A stretch of DNA of 44,192 nt from an uncultured Clostridia bacterium (GCA_947383095.1 CANDBZ010000003.1:1-44192); one strand, 5' to 3'. Shown: positions 34,595 through 44,192, counted from the first letter of the stretch. The notes: a model not told the origin generated them from the letters alone. Translations and numbers: made by a program.

Positions 34595-35920
34595 ATGAAA
34601 AAGAAAGTTTTGGCACTCGTGCTTGCTATCGTTGTCGTCGCAGCTCTCTGCATCGGCTTGGTCGCTTGCAACGACGGCGCCATCAAGTTCAACGAGACCT
34701 TTATGCCGGAATGGGATGAAGAGTATGCAACTCTTGAGGTTCCTGCAGACTTCAAATTCGGTTTGATTTGCTTGCACGGCGAGAGCTCCAACTATGACAA
34801 GAACTTCATCGAATCCGCAAGAAAGGCGTTCAGAGAGCTCGGTCTACCCGAAAGCAATCTTATCATCAAGACTGATATCAAGGAGAACGAGGAGTGCACG
34901 ACTGCGGCGAGAGAGCTTGTCCAACAGGGCTGCGACATTATTTTTGCGGATTCTTTCGGACATGAACCCTATATGTCAAAGGTCGCTGCCGAAGCAGGCA
35001 ACGAAAACATCAAGTTCTGCCATGCAACCGGCACGACGGCTCACAATCCCGACGCTCCCGCCAACCTCTACAACGCGTTTGCTTCCATCTATGAGGGTCG
35101 CTATCTCGCAGGTATCGTTGCGGGCATGAAGCTCAATCAAATGATTGCCGCAGGCAAGTTCAAAGCAGAAGACGCGAAGATTGGTTATGTCGGCGCGTTC
35201 CCCTATGCAGAAGTCAAATCCGGTTATACCTCTTTCTTCCTCGGCGCAAGGTCTGTTTGCCCCACTGTGACGATGGAAGTTCAATTCACTTCCTCTTGGT
35301 TTGACAAGCTTTCAGAAAAGTCGACCGCACAAGCGCTTATAACTCGCGGCTGCAAGCTGATAAGCCAGCATGCCGACTCCGACGGCGCTCCCAATGCTTG
35401 CGAAGAAGCGGGCGTTCCCAACGTCTCCTACAACGGCAGCATGATACAGTCCTGCTCCAAGACCTTCCTTGTCTCATCCAGAATCGATTGGGCTCCTTAC
35501 TTCAAGTATGTGATTGCGCAAACCGTCAACAACAAAGAGATTGAAAAGGATTGGGTCGGCACGATTGAAACGGGTTCTGTCGCGCTCACCAACCTCAATG
35601 CGGACACCGTTGCACCCGGCACTCTCCAGGCTGTTCTCAAGGCAAGAGCGGAACTCGTCAAGGGCACCCGTTACGTCTTCGACTGCAGCACGTTTACCGT
35701 GACCGGCAAGAACTTCGATGAAGCCAAGATGAAGGTCGACGCACAGGGTCATCTCACCTCTTATAAAGCGGACGTCAACACCGATGCGGCGTTTACTCCC
35801 GACACCGAGGCTATCGAGAAGGTCGGCGACAAGTACATCTTCATGGAATCCGACGCAGAAGGCCGTCGTTCCGCACCGTACTTCGACATCACGATTGACG
35901 GTATAACCTTGCTCAACTAA
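34595..35920 (+). CDS. BMP-family ABC substrate-binding lipoprotein (purine nucleoside-like)
   Basis: Lipobox LVAC; FADSFGH, IYEGRYLAG, IGYVGAF, ISQHADS. Confidence 0.88.
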   Translation: MKKKVLALVLAIVVVAALCIGLVACNDGAIKFNETFMPEWDEEYATLEVPADFKFGLICLHGESSNYDKNFIESARKAFRELGLPESNLIIKTDIKENEECTTAARELVQQGCDIIFADSFGHEPYMSKVAAEAGNENIKFCHATGTTAHNPDAPANLYNAFASIYEGRYLAGIVAGMKLNQMIAAGKFKAEDAKIGYVGAFPYAEVKSGYTSFFLGARSVCPTVTMEVQFTSSWFDKLSEKSTAQALITRGCKLISQHADSDGAPNACEEAGVPNVSYNGSMIQSCSKTFLVSSRIDWAPYFKYVIAQTVNNKEIEKDWVGTIETGSVALTNLNADTVAPGTLQAVLKARAELVKGTRYVFDCSTFTVTGKNFDEAKMKVDAQGHLTSYKADVNTDAAFTPDTEAIEKVGDKYIFMESDAEGRRSAPYFDITIDGITLLN

Positions 35921-35937
35921 TCAACTTTATAAGGACT

Positions 35938-35964
35938 TTGGACGGAGCGTTTTGCTCCGTCCAA
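35938..35964 (+). terminator. Strong intercistronic hairpin after the BMP gene (partial terminator or mRNA stabiliser)
   Basis: TTGGACGGAGC-gtttt-GCTCCGTCCAA. Confidence 0.65.
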
Positions 35965-36033
35965 GAGTTTTTATAGCCGTGCTTCGCATGCTTGACGTAT
36001 GCGCCGCATCGCAAACGCACACAGGAGGCAACC

Positions 36034-37941
36034 GTGGATAAAACAGTTGCTATAGAACTTAAGGGTATCACCAAGACCTTTGGCGAGGTGATTGCCAACA
36101 ACAACGTGGACTTGACCGCATATCGCGGCGAAGTCCTTTCGATTTTGGGCGAAAACGGCAGCGGAAAGACCACGCTGATGAACATGATTGCCGGCATATA
36201 TTTCCCCGACGAGGGCGAGATACGCATTGACGGCGAGATTGTATCCATTCGTTCGCCCAAGGACGCGTTTGACCACCGTATAGGAATGATACATCAGCAC
36301 TTCAAGCTGGTGGACGTGTTCAGCGCGGCGGACAATATCCTGCTCGGCGAAAAGTATAAAGGCTTTGACGTCAAGGAAGAAAAGCAGAGGCTTCTCGATG
36401 CTTTTGCAGAGGAGAATGCGGCGTTTGAAGCCTACAAACCCGAGGAACATACGGGGATATTGTCATATATGTTTGCGCCGAAGTTCCATGACGAAAAGGA
36501 AATAAAACGCAAGCTGTCGGCAGTGCCGCTCAAAAAATTCACAAACCGTATGAAATTCGGCTGGCTGTCGAGAGGGCGCGCAAAGTCGCTCCAGCAAATC
36601 GCAAAAAAATACGGCTTTGCGATAGATTTAAAAAAGAGAATACACGACATGTCCGTATCAGAAAAACAGACTGTCGAAATTATAAAGGTGCTTTATCGCA
36701 ACGCGGACATCCTCATATTGGATGAGCCCACCGCAGTTTTGACGCCGCAGGAAATAGATAAGCTCTTCGGCGTGCTTCGCAAAATGAGAGAGGACGGCAA
36801 GTGCGTCATTATCATCACGCACAAGCTCAACGAGGTCATGGAGATTTCCGACAGGGTCGCCGTCATGCGCAAGGGCGAGCATATCGCTACCGTCAACACC
36901 GCCGACACCAACGAACAGCAGCTTACCGAGATGATGGTGGGCAAGAAGATTGAGCTCAACATCAACCGCACGGAGCCGCAGGAGCCGACGGACAGGCTTG
37001 TGGTCGAGCACGTATCCGCGATAAGTCGCGAGGGCGTCAAGATACTCGACGACGTGTGCTTCGAGGCGCGCTCGGGCGAGATACTGGGTATCGCGGGTAT
37101 TGCGGGAAGCGGGCAGCGCGAATTGCTTGAGTCAATCGCGGGCTTGCAGAAGCTCAACGGCGGCGATATCTGGTACTTCGACCCGTCAAACGACAATGAA
37201 AAGGTGGATTTGCGCTCCAAGACGCCTCTTCAGATACGCAATCTCGGCGTGCGCCTGTCTTTCGTGCCCGAGGACAGACTCGGCATGGGGCTTGTAGGCA
37301 ACATGGACCTCATCGACAACATGATGCTGCGCTCCTACAGGCATACGATAACTTTAAAGCCGGAAGACGGCGAGGTGAAAGAGGCTGAAGACTGCGAAGA
37401 TAAGCTTGATACAAAAATAAAGCTCAAGAGAGGACTTACAAAGCTCGGGCGCGGCATTGCGAGCGGCGCGGTTAAAATTTGGTCGTCCGTGTTTCTTGAC
37501 AGAAAGAGCCCCAAGACGCTTGCCGAGACAATCGTGCAGGATCTGGAGGTCGTCACTCCCAGCACGCACACTCCGGTGCGCAGGTTGTCGGGCGGCAACG
37601 TGCAAAAGGTGCTTGTGGGCAGAGAGATTGCCGCCGCGCCTACCGTGCTCATGGCGGCTTATCCCGTGAGAGGACTCGACATCAATTCCTCATACACTAT
37701 TTACAATTTGCTCAACGCTCAAAAGGAAAAGGGCGTTGCAGTCATATACGTCGGCGAGGATTTGGACGTTTTGATTGAACTGTGCGACAGGATAATGGTC
37801 ATTTGCGGCGGTAAGGTCACGGGTATAGTGGACGGACGCACCGCGCAAAAGGAGCAGCTCGGCTTGATGATGCTGGGCAGGGTTTGCGAAACCGAGCCGC
37901 AGGAAACCTTGAAGGAGGGCGTCGGCGATGACAAAGACTAA
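36034..37941 (+). CDS. Nucleoside/sugar ABC transporter ATPase (two NBDs), each NBD with an insertion
   Basis: GENGSGKT, MIHQHF, ILDEPTAVL, ITHKL, VPEDR, LSGGNVQK. GTG start at 36034 after GGAGG. Confidence 0.9.
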   Translation: MDKTVAIELKGITKTFGEVIANNNVDLTAYRGEVLSILGENGSGKTTLMNMIAGIYFPDEGEIRIDGEIVSIRSPKDAFDHRIGMIHQHFKLVDVFSAADNILLGEKYKGFDVKEEKQRLLDAFAEENAAFEAYKPEEHTGILSYMFAPKFHDEKEIKRKLSAVPLKKFTNRMKFGWLSRGRAKSLQQIAKKYGFAIDLKKRIHDMSVSEKQTVEIIKVLYRNADILILDEPTAVLTPQEIDKLFGVLRKMREDGKCVIIITHKLNEVMEISDRVAVMRKGEHIATVNTADTNEQQLTEMMVGKKIELNINRTEPQEPTDRLVVEHVSAISREGVKILDDVCFEARSGEILGIAGIAGSGQRELLESIAGLQKLNGGDIWYFDPSNDNEKVDLRSKTPLQIRNLGVRLSFVPEDRLGMGLVGNMDLIDNMMLRSYRHTITLKPEDGEVKEAEDCEDKLDTKIKLKRGLTKLGRGIASGAVKIWSSVFLDRKSPKTLAETIVQDLEVVTPSTHTPVRRLSGGNVQKVLVGREIAAAPTVLMAAYPVRGLDINSSYTIYNLLNAQKEKGVAVIYVGEDLDVLIELCDRIMVICGGKVTGIVDGRTAQKEQLGLMMLGRVCETEPQETLKEGVGDDKD

Positions 37942-39178
37942 AAAAATAAGAGAACCCTTGATACATCTGGTCAAGCGCGACGACCTTCCCGGTTGGAAGG
38001 CGTGGGGTATAAGAGCATTGTCCATTGTGGGCGCGTTTGTTTTCATTTGCCTGCTCTCATTCATAGTGCTCAAAAGGTCCCCATTCCAGATTGTCAAATT
38101 CATGTTCGAGGGAGCTTTCGGCTCGAAATTAAGCACGCTCGTGCTTTTCAGAGACCTGTCAATCCTGCTTATAATTTCGCTTGCCGTCACTCCCGCCTTT
38201 AAGATGAAGTTTTGGAATATCGGCGCCGAGGGACAGGTGCTTATAAGCGCCTGGGGAGCCGTGCTGTGCATGTACTATCTCGGCGGAAAGATACCCAACG
38301 GCGCGCTTATCTTTATCATGCTTTTGTCGTCTATGACATTCGGTATACTCTGGGCGGTTATCCCCGCGATATTCAAGGCAAAATGGGGCACGAACGAAAC
38401 GCTGTTTACCCTCATGATGAATTATATTGCTATTCAGATTGTACTCGGTTCCACAAAGATTTGGGCGGGCGTGACGTCGACGGGCGTTCTGCACCCATTG
38501 CAATATGGGCATCTGCCCCAGGTTGCGGGCGGAGATTACGCCTTGAGCATGATTGTCGCCGCCGTTATTACGCTGTTGTTGTTCTTTTATATGCGCTTCA
38601 GCAAGCATGGCTATGAGCTTTCGGTCGTCGGCGAAAGCAGAAATACCGCAAGATACATCGGCATAAGCGTCCCAAAGGTCATTGTGCGCACGCTCGTGCT
38701 TTCGGGCGCAATCTGCGCTGTCGCGGGCTTCTTGCTTGCGGGAGGAATAATGCACACCGTCGGCTCCGGCACGGTGGGCGGACAAGGCTTCACTGCTGTG
38801 CTTGTCAGCTGGCTTGCGCAGTTCAATCCCATTGCGATGATTGTCGTGTCCTTTGTCGTTATATTCATTTCGAAGGGCACTACGCGCGTTATGGAAAACT
38901 GCGGTATAGCCAATTCGTTTTTTTCGCAGGTCCTTACGGGCACGCTGTTCTTTATAATAATCGCTTGCGAGTTTTTTATAAGATACAGGGTGCTGCCGCG
39001 CAAGCGTCATAAAGCGGTTGCGCCTCGCGAGGATTTAGACGACGACAGCGTTGAAGTTGTAGAGGATTTTGCCGAGCCTGACATCGTTATCGAAGAACCG
39101 TTGTCGGAGGCTGACGACGATAAACAAGAAACTCGAGACGAGGATGTCGAGCATTCGCAGGAGGAGACAGTATGCTGA
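37928..39178 (+). CDS. Nucleoside ABC transporter permease
   Basis: WNIGAEGQ, NETLFTLMMNY, GYELSVVGES; multi-TM. Confidence 0.9.
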   Translation: MTKTKKIREPLIHLVKRDDLPGWKAWGIRALSIVGAFVFICLLSFIVLKRSPFQIVKFMFEGAFGSKLSTLVLFRDLSILLIISLAVTPAFKMKFWNIGAEGQVLISAWGAVLCMYYLGGKIPNGALIFIMLLSSMTFGILWAVIPAIFKAKWGTNETLFTLMMNYIAIQIVLGSTKIWAGVTSTGVLHPLQYGHLPQVAGGDYALSMIVAAVITLLLFFYMRFSKHGYELSVVGESRNTARYIGISVPKVIVRTLVLSGAICAVAGFLLAGGIMHTVGSGTVGGQGFTAVLVSWLAQFNPIAMIVVSFVVIFISKGTTRVMENCGIANSFFSQVLTGTLFFIIIACEFFIRYRVLPRKRHKAVAPREDLDDDSVEVVEDFAEPDIVIEEPLSEADDDKQETRDEDVEHSQEETVC

Positions 39179-40131
39179 TAATGTTTTTGAAAAACGCCAT
39201 CAGATTGAGCGCAACGTTTTTATACGGTGCAACTGGCGAAATTGTAATCGAAAAGGGCGGACACCTCAACCTCGGCATTCCCGGCGTCATGAGTATAGGC
39301 GCGGCGGCGGGTTGTCTTACCGAATACGCGTTGGTAACCTCGATTGGCAATAGCAGTCCTGCGTTACTTATACTTTTGCCTTTGCTTGTAACAATTCTTG
39401 CAGGCGTGCTTATGGGCTTGCTGTACTGTTTCCTCACAGTCACCCTGCGTGCCAATCAAAACGTCGTCGGTCTTGCGATGACGACCTTCGGCATCGGGCT
39501 TGCGGGTTATTTGGTCAATAACGAATCTGATATTTATATTATCGGCAGCGTCGGTAGCGTGTTTAACAATATGTTCAACGTGCCGCAGGACGCAAACGGC
39601 TTTGTGCAAGTATTTTTCTCGCACGGTATTCTTGTTTACCTTGCGGTGATTATAGCGATTGCGGCGCAGATTGTATTGAGTAAAACAAGATTGGGCTTGA
39701 ATTTGCGCGCAGTCGGTGAAAATCCCGCTACCGCGGATGCCGCGGGCATAAACGTCACAAAATACAAGTATATTTCGACATGCGTCGGTTGCGCGATTTC
39801 GGCTATAGGCGGTTTGTTCTGCATCATGGATTATATGGGCGGCAACTGGGGAGACGGTTATACTTTGGAGGGCTTCGGCTGGCTGTCACTCGCTCTTGTT
39901 ATATTCACTATGTGGCGACCCTCTCTTGCAATCCTCGGCTCTATCATATTCGCGGGGCTGTATACGTTTTCCAACTTTGCGGGAATTGCGGCATATCAAA
40001 AGGATTTCGTCAATATTTTGCCTTATGCGGTTACGATCGTTATACTCATACTCACGAGCATATTCGACAAAAAGAAAAAGGTTCAGCCGCCTGCGGCGCT
40101 CGGCGTGCCGTATTTCCGAGAGGAGAGATAA
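39172..40131 (+). CDS. Nucleoside ABC transporter permease
   Basis: EKGGHLNLGIPG, LRANQNVVG, LRAVGENPATADAAG, PPAALG.PY.REER. Confidence 0.9.
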   Translation: MLIMFLKNAIRLSATFLYGATGEIVIEKGGHLNLGIPGVMSIGAAAGCLTEYALVTSIGNSSPALLILLPLLVTILAGVLMGLLYCFLTVTLRANQNVVGLAMTTFGIGLAGYLVNNESDIYIIGSVGSVFNNMFNVPQDANGFVQVFFSHGILVYLAVIIAIAAQIVLSKTRLGLNLRAVGENPATADAAGINVTKYKYISTCVGCAISAIGGLFCIMDYMGGNWGDGYTLEGFGWLSLALVIFTMWRPSLAILGSIIFAGLYTFSNFAGIAAYQKDFVNILPYAVTIVILILTSIFDKKKKVQPPAALGVPYFREER

Positions 40132-40155
40132 CCGTAGCTATGCGAAAGCAATAAG

Positions 40156-40183
40156 AAAATCCGTCCTTCGGGACGGATTTTTT
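40156..40183. terminator. Bidirectional terminator (UUCG tetraloop)
   Basis: AAAATCCGTCC-ttcg-GGACGGATTTT. Confidence 0.85.
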
Positions 40184-40194
40184 GTATTCAAGAT

Positions 40195-41115
40195 TTATTT
40201 CAATCGCAGGTCGAAGCCGTCCAAATAAATGAACTTGGCGTTGACCTTGTCGTTCAATCTCGAGTATATCCTTTCATAATAGCGGTCGATAAGATTTTTC
40301 TCGTCGAGGTTGGTGGTTATAAACGTGCACAGCCCCGCGTTCAGCCTCTCCTCGATTACAAGCAAAAGATACTCGAGCGTAACCTTTTTTATTATCGGTT
40401 CCGTCCCCAAGTCGTCTATGACGAGCAGATCCGCCGTTAACACGTCGTGCAGACGGCCGTTTCGTTCCGCAATGGGGGAGGTGTGGCAGGCAAGCATCGC
40501 GCTGTTGAATTCATATGCGGACATGAATTTGCAGCTTTTGCCGCGTTCGACCGCCGCGCGCGCGACTGCGCTGGCAACGCAGGACTTACCTGTGCCTACT
40601 TTGCCCGACAGCGTGATGATTTTCGCTTTTACGTCGGGAAGCTTCGATGCGTATTTCTGCATAAAGTCATAGAGCTTCTTAAGACTTTTGCGATGATTTT
40701 CATCTTGGACGACGTCGAAATCGCAGTCGTCAAATGTAAATTTGGCTTTTTTGTCGAGCTTGCATTCCGCCTTGAGCGCCGCAATAAAATGCTGCCGCAC
40801 GCATCGGCATACCTTGCCGTTATCGTTGCCGCTGTCGCCGCATATAGGACAGACGGGGGAGCGTTCAAAATCATTTTCGCTATAGCCGTTTTCATTGAGC
40901 AGACGAAGATATTCGCCGTATACCTGCGCGATCTGCTCCTGCGCTATGCGGCCGTCCGTCACGGCGTTGAAGCGCATATTGACGTATTTGTCGTGCGCCT
41001 CGGCGATTTGAGGCACGGATAAAGCGCGGGACAGACGGCGTTCCGCCTCGCGTTCTGCTTCGTTTATCTGCGCCCGCTTATTCGCAAGCGCCTTTTGCAT
41101 GGCTCTTTGTTTCAT
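40195..41115 (-). CDS. DnaC/DnaI-like helicase-loader ATPase
   Basis: CPICGDSG...CRC zinc motif, Walker A GKVGTGKS, LLVIDDLGTE, TTNL, ERIYSRL; coupled to the DnaD-domain gene. Confidence 0.85.
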   Translation of the reverse strand: MKQRAMQKALANKRAQINEAEREAERRLSRALSVPQIAEAHDKYVNMRFNAVTDGRIAQEQIAQVYGEYLRLLNENGYSENDFERSPVCPICGDSGNDNGKVCRCVRQHFIAALKAECKLDKKAKFTFDDCDFDVVQDENHRKSLKKLYDFMQKYASKLPDVKAKIITLSGKVGTGKSCVASAVARAAVERGKSCKFMSAYEFNSAMLACHTSPIAERNGRLHDVLTADLLVIDDLGTEPIIKKVTLEYLLLVIEERLNAGLCTFITTNLDEKNLIDRYYERIYSRLNDKVNAKFIYLDGFDLRLK

Positions 41116-41116
41116 A

Positions 41117-42559
41117 TCAGATATCCGCGTCGCTCAAGCTGTCTATGCTTGTGACGATAGAGTGTAATTCTTCCTGCGAGTATTCGCGCTCTTCGAAATT
41201 TGCTTTATGCGGCGCGTCGGCGGAAAATTCCGGCAGACGCTTCGCCTGCTCGACGGTCGATACGCCCTTCGACTTGTACGACGAGAGCAGTTGATTGATA
41301 TAAGGCGTGGGATATGTCTTGCCTACCGCTTGTTGCGCGGCGTATATTATCAACTCATCTTCAAAGCCCCAAAGAGTCGTCCAGATGCGGTAAAACTCGC
41401 GGTCGGACGGGGTGACGCTTCTCGATCTGCCGCTTTGTTCGATTATCCTCTTTATCTTGCCGTCCTGTTCGATTTGCGCGTGCAGATACTCGTCTATGCT
41501 TTCTGCGGTGAGCAGGCCTTGCGCGTAAAATTTGTTGACGACGTTGTTCATAGCCTCGAGGGTGCGCACATGCGTTATAAAGCAATGGTGGGCGATTTTT
41601 TTCAGCGCTTCGTCCTCGAAGCCCTTCGCCGTCCAGGGCACGATGTAAACCTCTATTTCATGTTCAAAGGATTCGTAAAAGACCCCGAGATTTTTATTGA
41701 CCGCTATCGCCAATTCCTTCAAATGTTCGCGGTGAGCTTGATAATCCTTCATTTCTTCGGCGGTGAATATGGACATGCGATAAAATTCATCGAGCTTGCC
41801 GTCCAATTTTTTGAAGCTTTTTGCGCCTTTTAAGGTCTTTATCGCCGTCAGGATCGCGTCTAATTCATATCCCCAACTTCGCGTCCATTTAAGGAGCATT
41901 TGCTTTTCCTCGAGGTCGGCGCCGCCCTTGCGACCGAGCGCGGAGAGAAGAGCGCGCATTTGCTCGGATTGTTTATCGTATTCGTTCAGTTTATCCTCGA
42001 CGTCCGCCGCGGTGCGCACGCCGTCGGCGACCCAGTTGCGCGCTACGGTGAGGATATAGGGATATCGCACGTTCATGCCCTTAAGATCGATGCAGTATTG
42101 CACGATCATCAGCATAGCGTCCTGCTCCAGCTTGGAGTCCTCCAAAAACATGTAATACTCGTTATACTCATTGGGGGTGAGCATGCGCTCGGGGAAGAGA
42201 TGCTGCAGGTGCAGGTTGAAATCGTTCCACCTTTCGCTCTTATACTTTTTGGGAGGCTGCATTGCTTTTTTGAGGCTCAAATATTTCACCTCGAGCGGCT
42301 GCTTTGACAGTATTTGCACAAGCCCCGCGTCTTCAAAAAAAGCGTAAGCGTTTAAAATCTCGTTTTCCGTCATATCGAGGCGGGCGCACAGCGCGTCGAC
42401 GGAATTGTCGGTTGCGGGACATGTGCAAAGATACAGCCCGTATAAATAGACCTTTATCTGTTTTTCGTCGCAATAGGGCAGATGCTCGTTGATGAACAGA
42501 TTGTCAACGAGGGTAAACGTTTCCATGAGAAAATCGCTTGAAAATTTTGCGAAAGACAT
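41117..42559 (-). CDS. DnaD/DnaB-domain replication protein with multiple DnaD repeats
   Basis: VDNLFINEHLP..IKVYLYGLY N-terminus; YILTVARNW..GVRT, F..QGLLT and YINQLLSSY..KGVST repeats; NFEEREY tail. Confidence 0.85.
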   Translation of the reverse strand: MSFAKFSSDFLMETFTLVDNLFINEHLPYCDEKQIKVYLYGLYLCTCPATDNSVDALCARLDMTENEILNAYAFFEDAGLVQILSKQPLEVKYLSLKKAMQPPKKYKSERWNDFNLHLQHLFPERMLTPNEYNEYYMFLEDSKLEQDAMLMIVQYCIDLKGMNVRYPYILTVARNWVADGVRTAADVEDKLNEYDKQSEQMRALLSALGRKGGADLEEKQMLLKWTRSWGYELDAILTAIKTLKGAKSFKKLDGKLDEFYRMSIFTAEEMKDYQAHREHLKELAIAVNKNLGVFYESFEHEIEVYIVPWTAKGFEDEALKKIAHHCFITHVRTLEAMNNVVNKFYAQGLLTAESIDEYLHAQIEQDGKIKRIIEQSGRSRSVTPSDREFYRIWTTLWGFEDELIIYAAQQAVGKTYPTPYINQLLSSYKSKGVSTVEQAKRLPEFSADAPHKANFEEREYSQEELHSIVTSIDSLSDADI

Positions 42560-42643
42560 ATATTACCCCGATTTTTACTATGGAATAACAGAGTACCACA
42601 ATTCGCCGTCAAAAGCAAATTCGATCGCGCTTAAAAACCGTAT

Positions 42644-42659
42644 ACACAACATTTAGTGG
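42644..42659. promoter_or_regulatory. Candidate NrdR box
   Basis: ACACAACATTTAGTGG matches acaCwAtATaTwGtgt at 13 of 16 positions. Confidence 0.45.
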
Positions 42660-42766
42660 TTCTAAAGAAATCAAAGCATATTTGCGGCGCATTTTTCAAT
42701 ATGCTATTGCCGTTGCAAAGCGGAATGTGATATTATTATATAAAAGTATTGCTTGCGAAGGTGCGT

Positions 42767-43054
42767 ATGAAAGTGTGGGCAAAGGTGATGCGGGGCGACA
42801 AAATTTTGCGCGACGCGATATACGACGACGGCTCGTCATTGAGCGAGGCGGCTTTTCATGCGCTTTTGCAGGAGATCTCCTATAGGTTGGATATCGCCGT
42901 TCCGGTGACTTTGGCGTATCATTTCAAGCACTTTGAAAAATTTAATCGCATCAAATATCTTCCGCGGGATTTTATCGAAGAGGTGGATTTCGACGCGTTT
43001 ATCGTCGAGAGGGTGTTGGACGAGAAGAAGCAGAAATTGCAGTTATATTATTGA
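42767..43054 (+). CDS. Conserved hypothetical protein
   Basis: MKVWAKV...LDIAVP...DFIEEVDFD pattern I recognise from small clostridial hypotheticals; RBS AAGGTG. Confidence 0.7.
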   Translation: MKVWAKVMRGDKILRDAIYDDGSSLSEAAFHALLQEISYRLDIAVPVTLAYHFKHFEKFNRIKYLPRDFIEEVDFDAFIVERVLDEKKQKLQLYY

Positions 43055-43119
43055 AAACTCATTTTAAATATACCAAACGCAAAGAAAAGTTGTGTTTGTG
43101 TAAATAACGAGGTGGGATA

Positions 43120-44151
43120 ATGAAAAAAGGCGCAAGGATCGCAATCGCCGTTATATCTGTGTTTCTCACGGCGATCGTAATCGCCGCGTGCGTGTGCGCA
43201 AGTATCGCTGGAAGAATAAACGACGACGCCCTGCCATCGCCAGAGCTTTCGTCCTGGCAGTCTATGATAAAGGACGATACGTTGCTGAAAAAGGTCGTTA
43301 TGCCGGGGGCGCACGACGCGGGCACCGCGGGCATGGCATGGTTCAGCGAGACGCAGGACAGAGATATAGGAGAACAGCTTGCGTGCGGCACAAGGTATTT
43401 CGATTTGCGCGTAAAGGAAAAAAAGGGCGAATGCAGGATCTATCACGGGCCCGCCTACAGCCTTTATCTAAAGGATATCCTGTGCGATGTGCGCGACTTT
43501 TTAAACGCAAATCCGACGGAGTGCGTGATACTCGACGTGCATAAATTCGGCAACGCCGGCGCGAAGCCGAGGACGGTCGAGCTGCTTGACGAATATCTTG
43601 GCGGAATGTTTGTGACAAAGCCCGCAGACGTGTCGGAGCTGGATTTTGTGGGCGCTCTCACTCTCGGCGACGTCAGAGGCAAGTGCCTGCTTATCTGGGG
43701 CGACAACGACGAATACGCGGCGCAGGGAAACCATTACTTTTTGCGTAACGACGACCACGGCGACGTGGAGACGGGGTGCTTGCAATCATTTTATGAGCGC
43801 AGCTGGAATTGGTATTATTCCTCCGAAAAATATATAAAGAAAGCGATCCCGGCATATATAAATAAATATAAGCAGAGTATTGGCGGGCTGTTCGTTTTGC
43901 AGGCGCAGCTCACGGACGGATGCCTTGTCATAGGCCCCAGATACAGAGAGGGATGTCACGAGAGCAATATGAACGCGTGCGTTCTGGCGATGGGCGAGAG
44001 CGAAGACCTCGATTGCATCAATATCGTCATGCGCGATTTCATCTGTCCCGAGAAAAATTGCTGTACTCTCAAGCTCAATTTGGATAAGCATATCGTAAAG
44101 GACGGCTGCGCGGCTGCGTACGAGGCTATGGTGGAAGAGTTTTTGAGATGA
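43120..44151 (+). CDS. PI-PLC X-domain (phospholipase C-like phosphodiesterase) protein with an N-terminal signal or anchor
   Basis: MPGAHDAG, TQD..IGEQLACGTRYFDLRV, IYHG, FLNANPTECVIL, NIVMRDF. Confidence 0.85.
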   Translation: MKKGARIAIAVISVFLTAIVIAACVCASIAGRINDDALPSPELSSWQSMIKDDTLLKKVVMPGAHDAGTAGMAWFSETQDRDIGEQLACGTRYFDLRVKEKKGECRIYHGPAYSLYLKDILCDVRDFLNANPTECVILDVHKFGNAGAKPRTVELLDEYLGGMFVTKPADVSELDFVGALTLGDVRGKCLLIWGDNDEYAAQGNHYFLRNDDHGDVETGCLQSFYERSWNWYYSSEKYIKKAIPAYINKYKQSIGGLFVLQAQLTDGCLVIGPRYREGCHESNMNACVLAMGESEDLDCINIVMRDFICPEKNCCTLKLNLDKHIVKDGCAAAYEAMVEEFLR

Positions 44152-44192
44152 TATAGCTTTTGCTTTGAAAGTATCCGACTTGGTTTTCAAGC

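Noticed and set aside
40195-41115. IS21 helper ATPase (IstB) or mobile element
   Set aside because: No adjacent IstA transposase or terminal repeats. It is coupled to a DnaD-domain gene and has the N-terminal zinc motif of chromosomal helicase loaders.
1-44192. CRISPR array, tRNA/rRNA genes, prophage or defence island
   Set aside because: No regularly spaced repeats, cloverleaf or rRNA-like segments, or phage/defence motifs found by eye; intergenic gaps are short and explained by promoters and terminators.

Overview
Core-chromosome segment of a Clostridia-class (Firmicutes) bacterium, probably an uncultured gut lineage (inferred from gene content and order). It holds about 43 CDS and no tRNA, rRNA, CRISPR array, prophage or transposase that I can see. 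In order: ROK kinase; B12 radical SAM (TIGR03960-like); its TIGR03936-like partner; RNase E/G; an MDR dehydrogenase-like protein; an alpha/beta-hydrolase-like lipoprotein; a PLP decarboxylase; a SCIFF ranthipeptide locus (the 48-aa precursor at 8216-8362 is missing from the ORF track); rex; a small MmcQ/XRE/zinc-ribbon islet; glyQS; a 67-aa peptide with 16 Cys; a TspO-like protein; coaX-hom-malQ-PPTase-ACP; a lipid kinase; pyrG; leuA with a LeuB-like gene; a polar amino-acid ABC transporter; holA-membrane protein-cdaA-DUF1015; aspartokinase; an aldolase-like protein; xpt with a BMP nucleoside ABC transporter; DnaD/DnaC-like genes; a PI-PLC-like protein. The most unusual signals are: (1) several intact, full-length ORFs whose catalytic residues have been replaced (LeuB, class II aldolase, MDR, alpha/beta hydrolase); (2) a naturally circularly permuted amino-acid binding protein; (3) large basic/amphipathic insertions at the same site in three ABC ATPase domains; (4) a two-repeat Cys/Gly/hydrophobic microprotein behind a SigK-like promoter; (5) a pyrG attenuator-like leader without the known GGGC start. 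All family assignments come from motif recognition by eye, not database searches.
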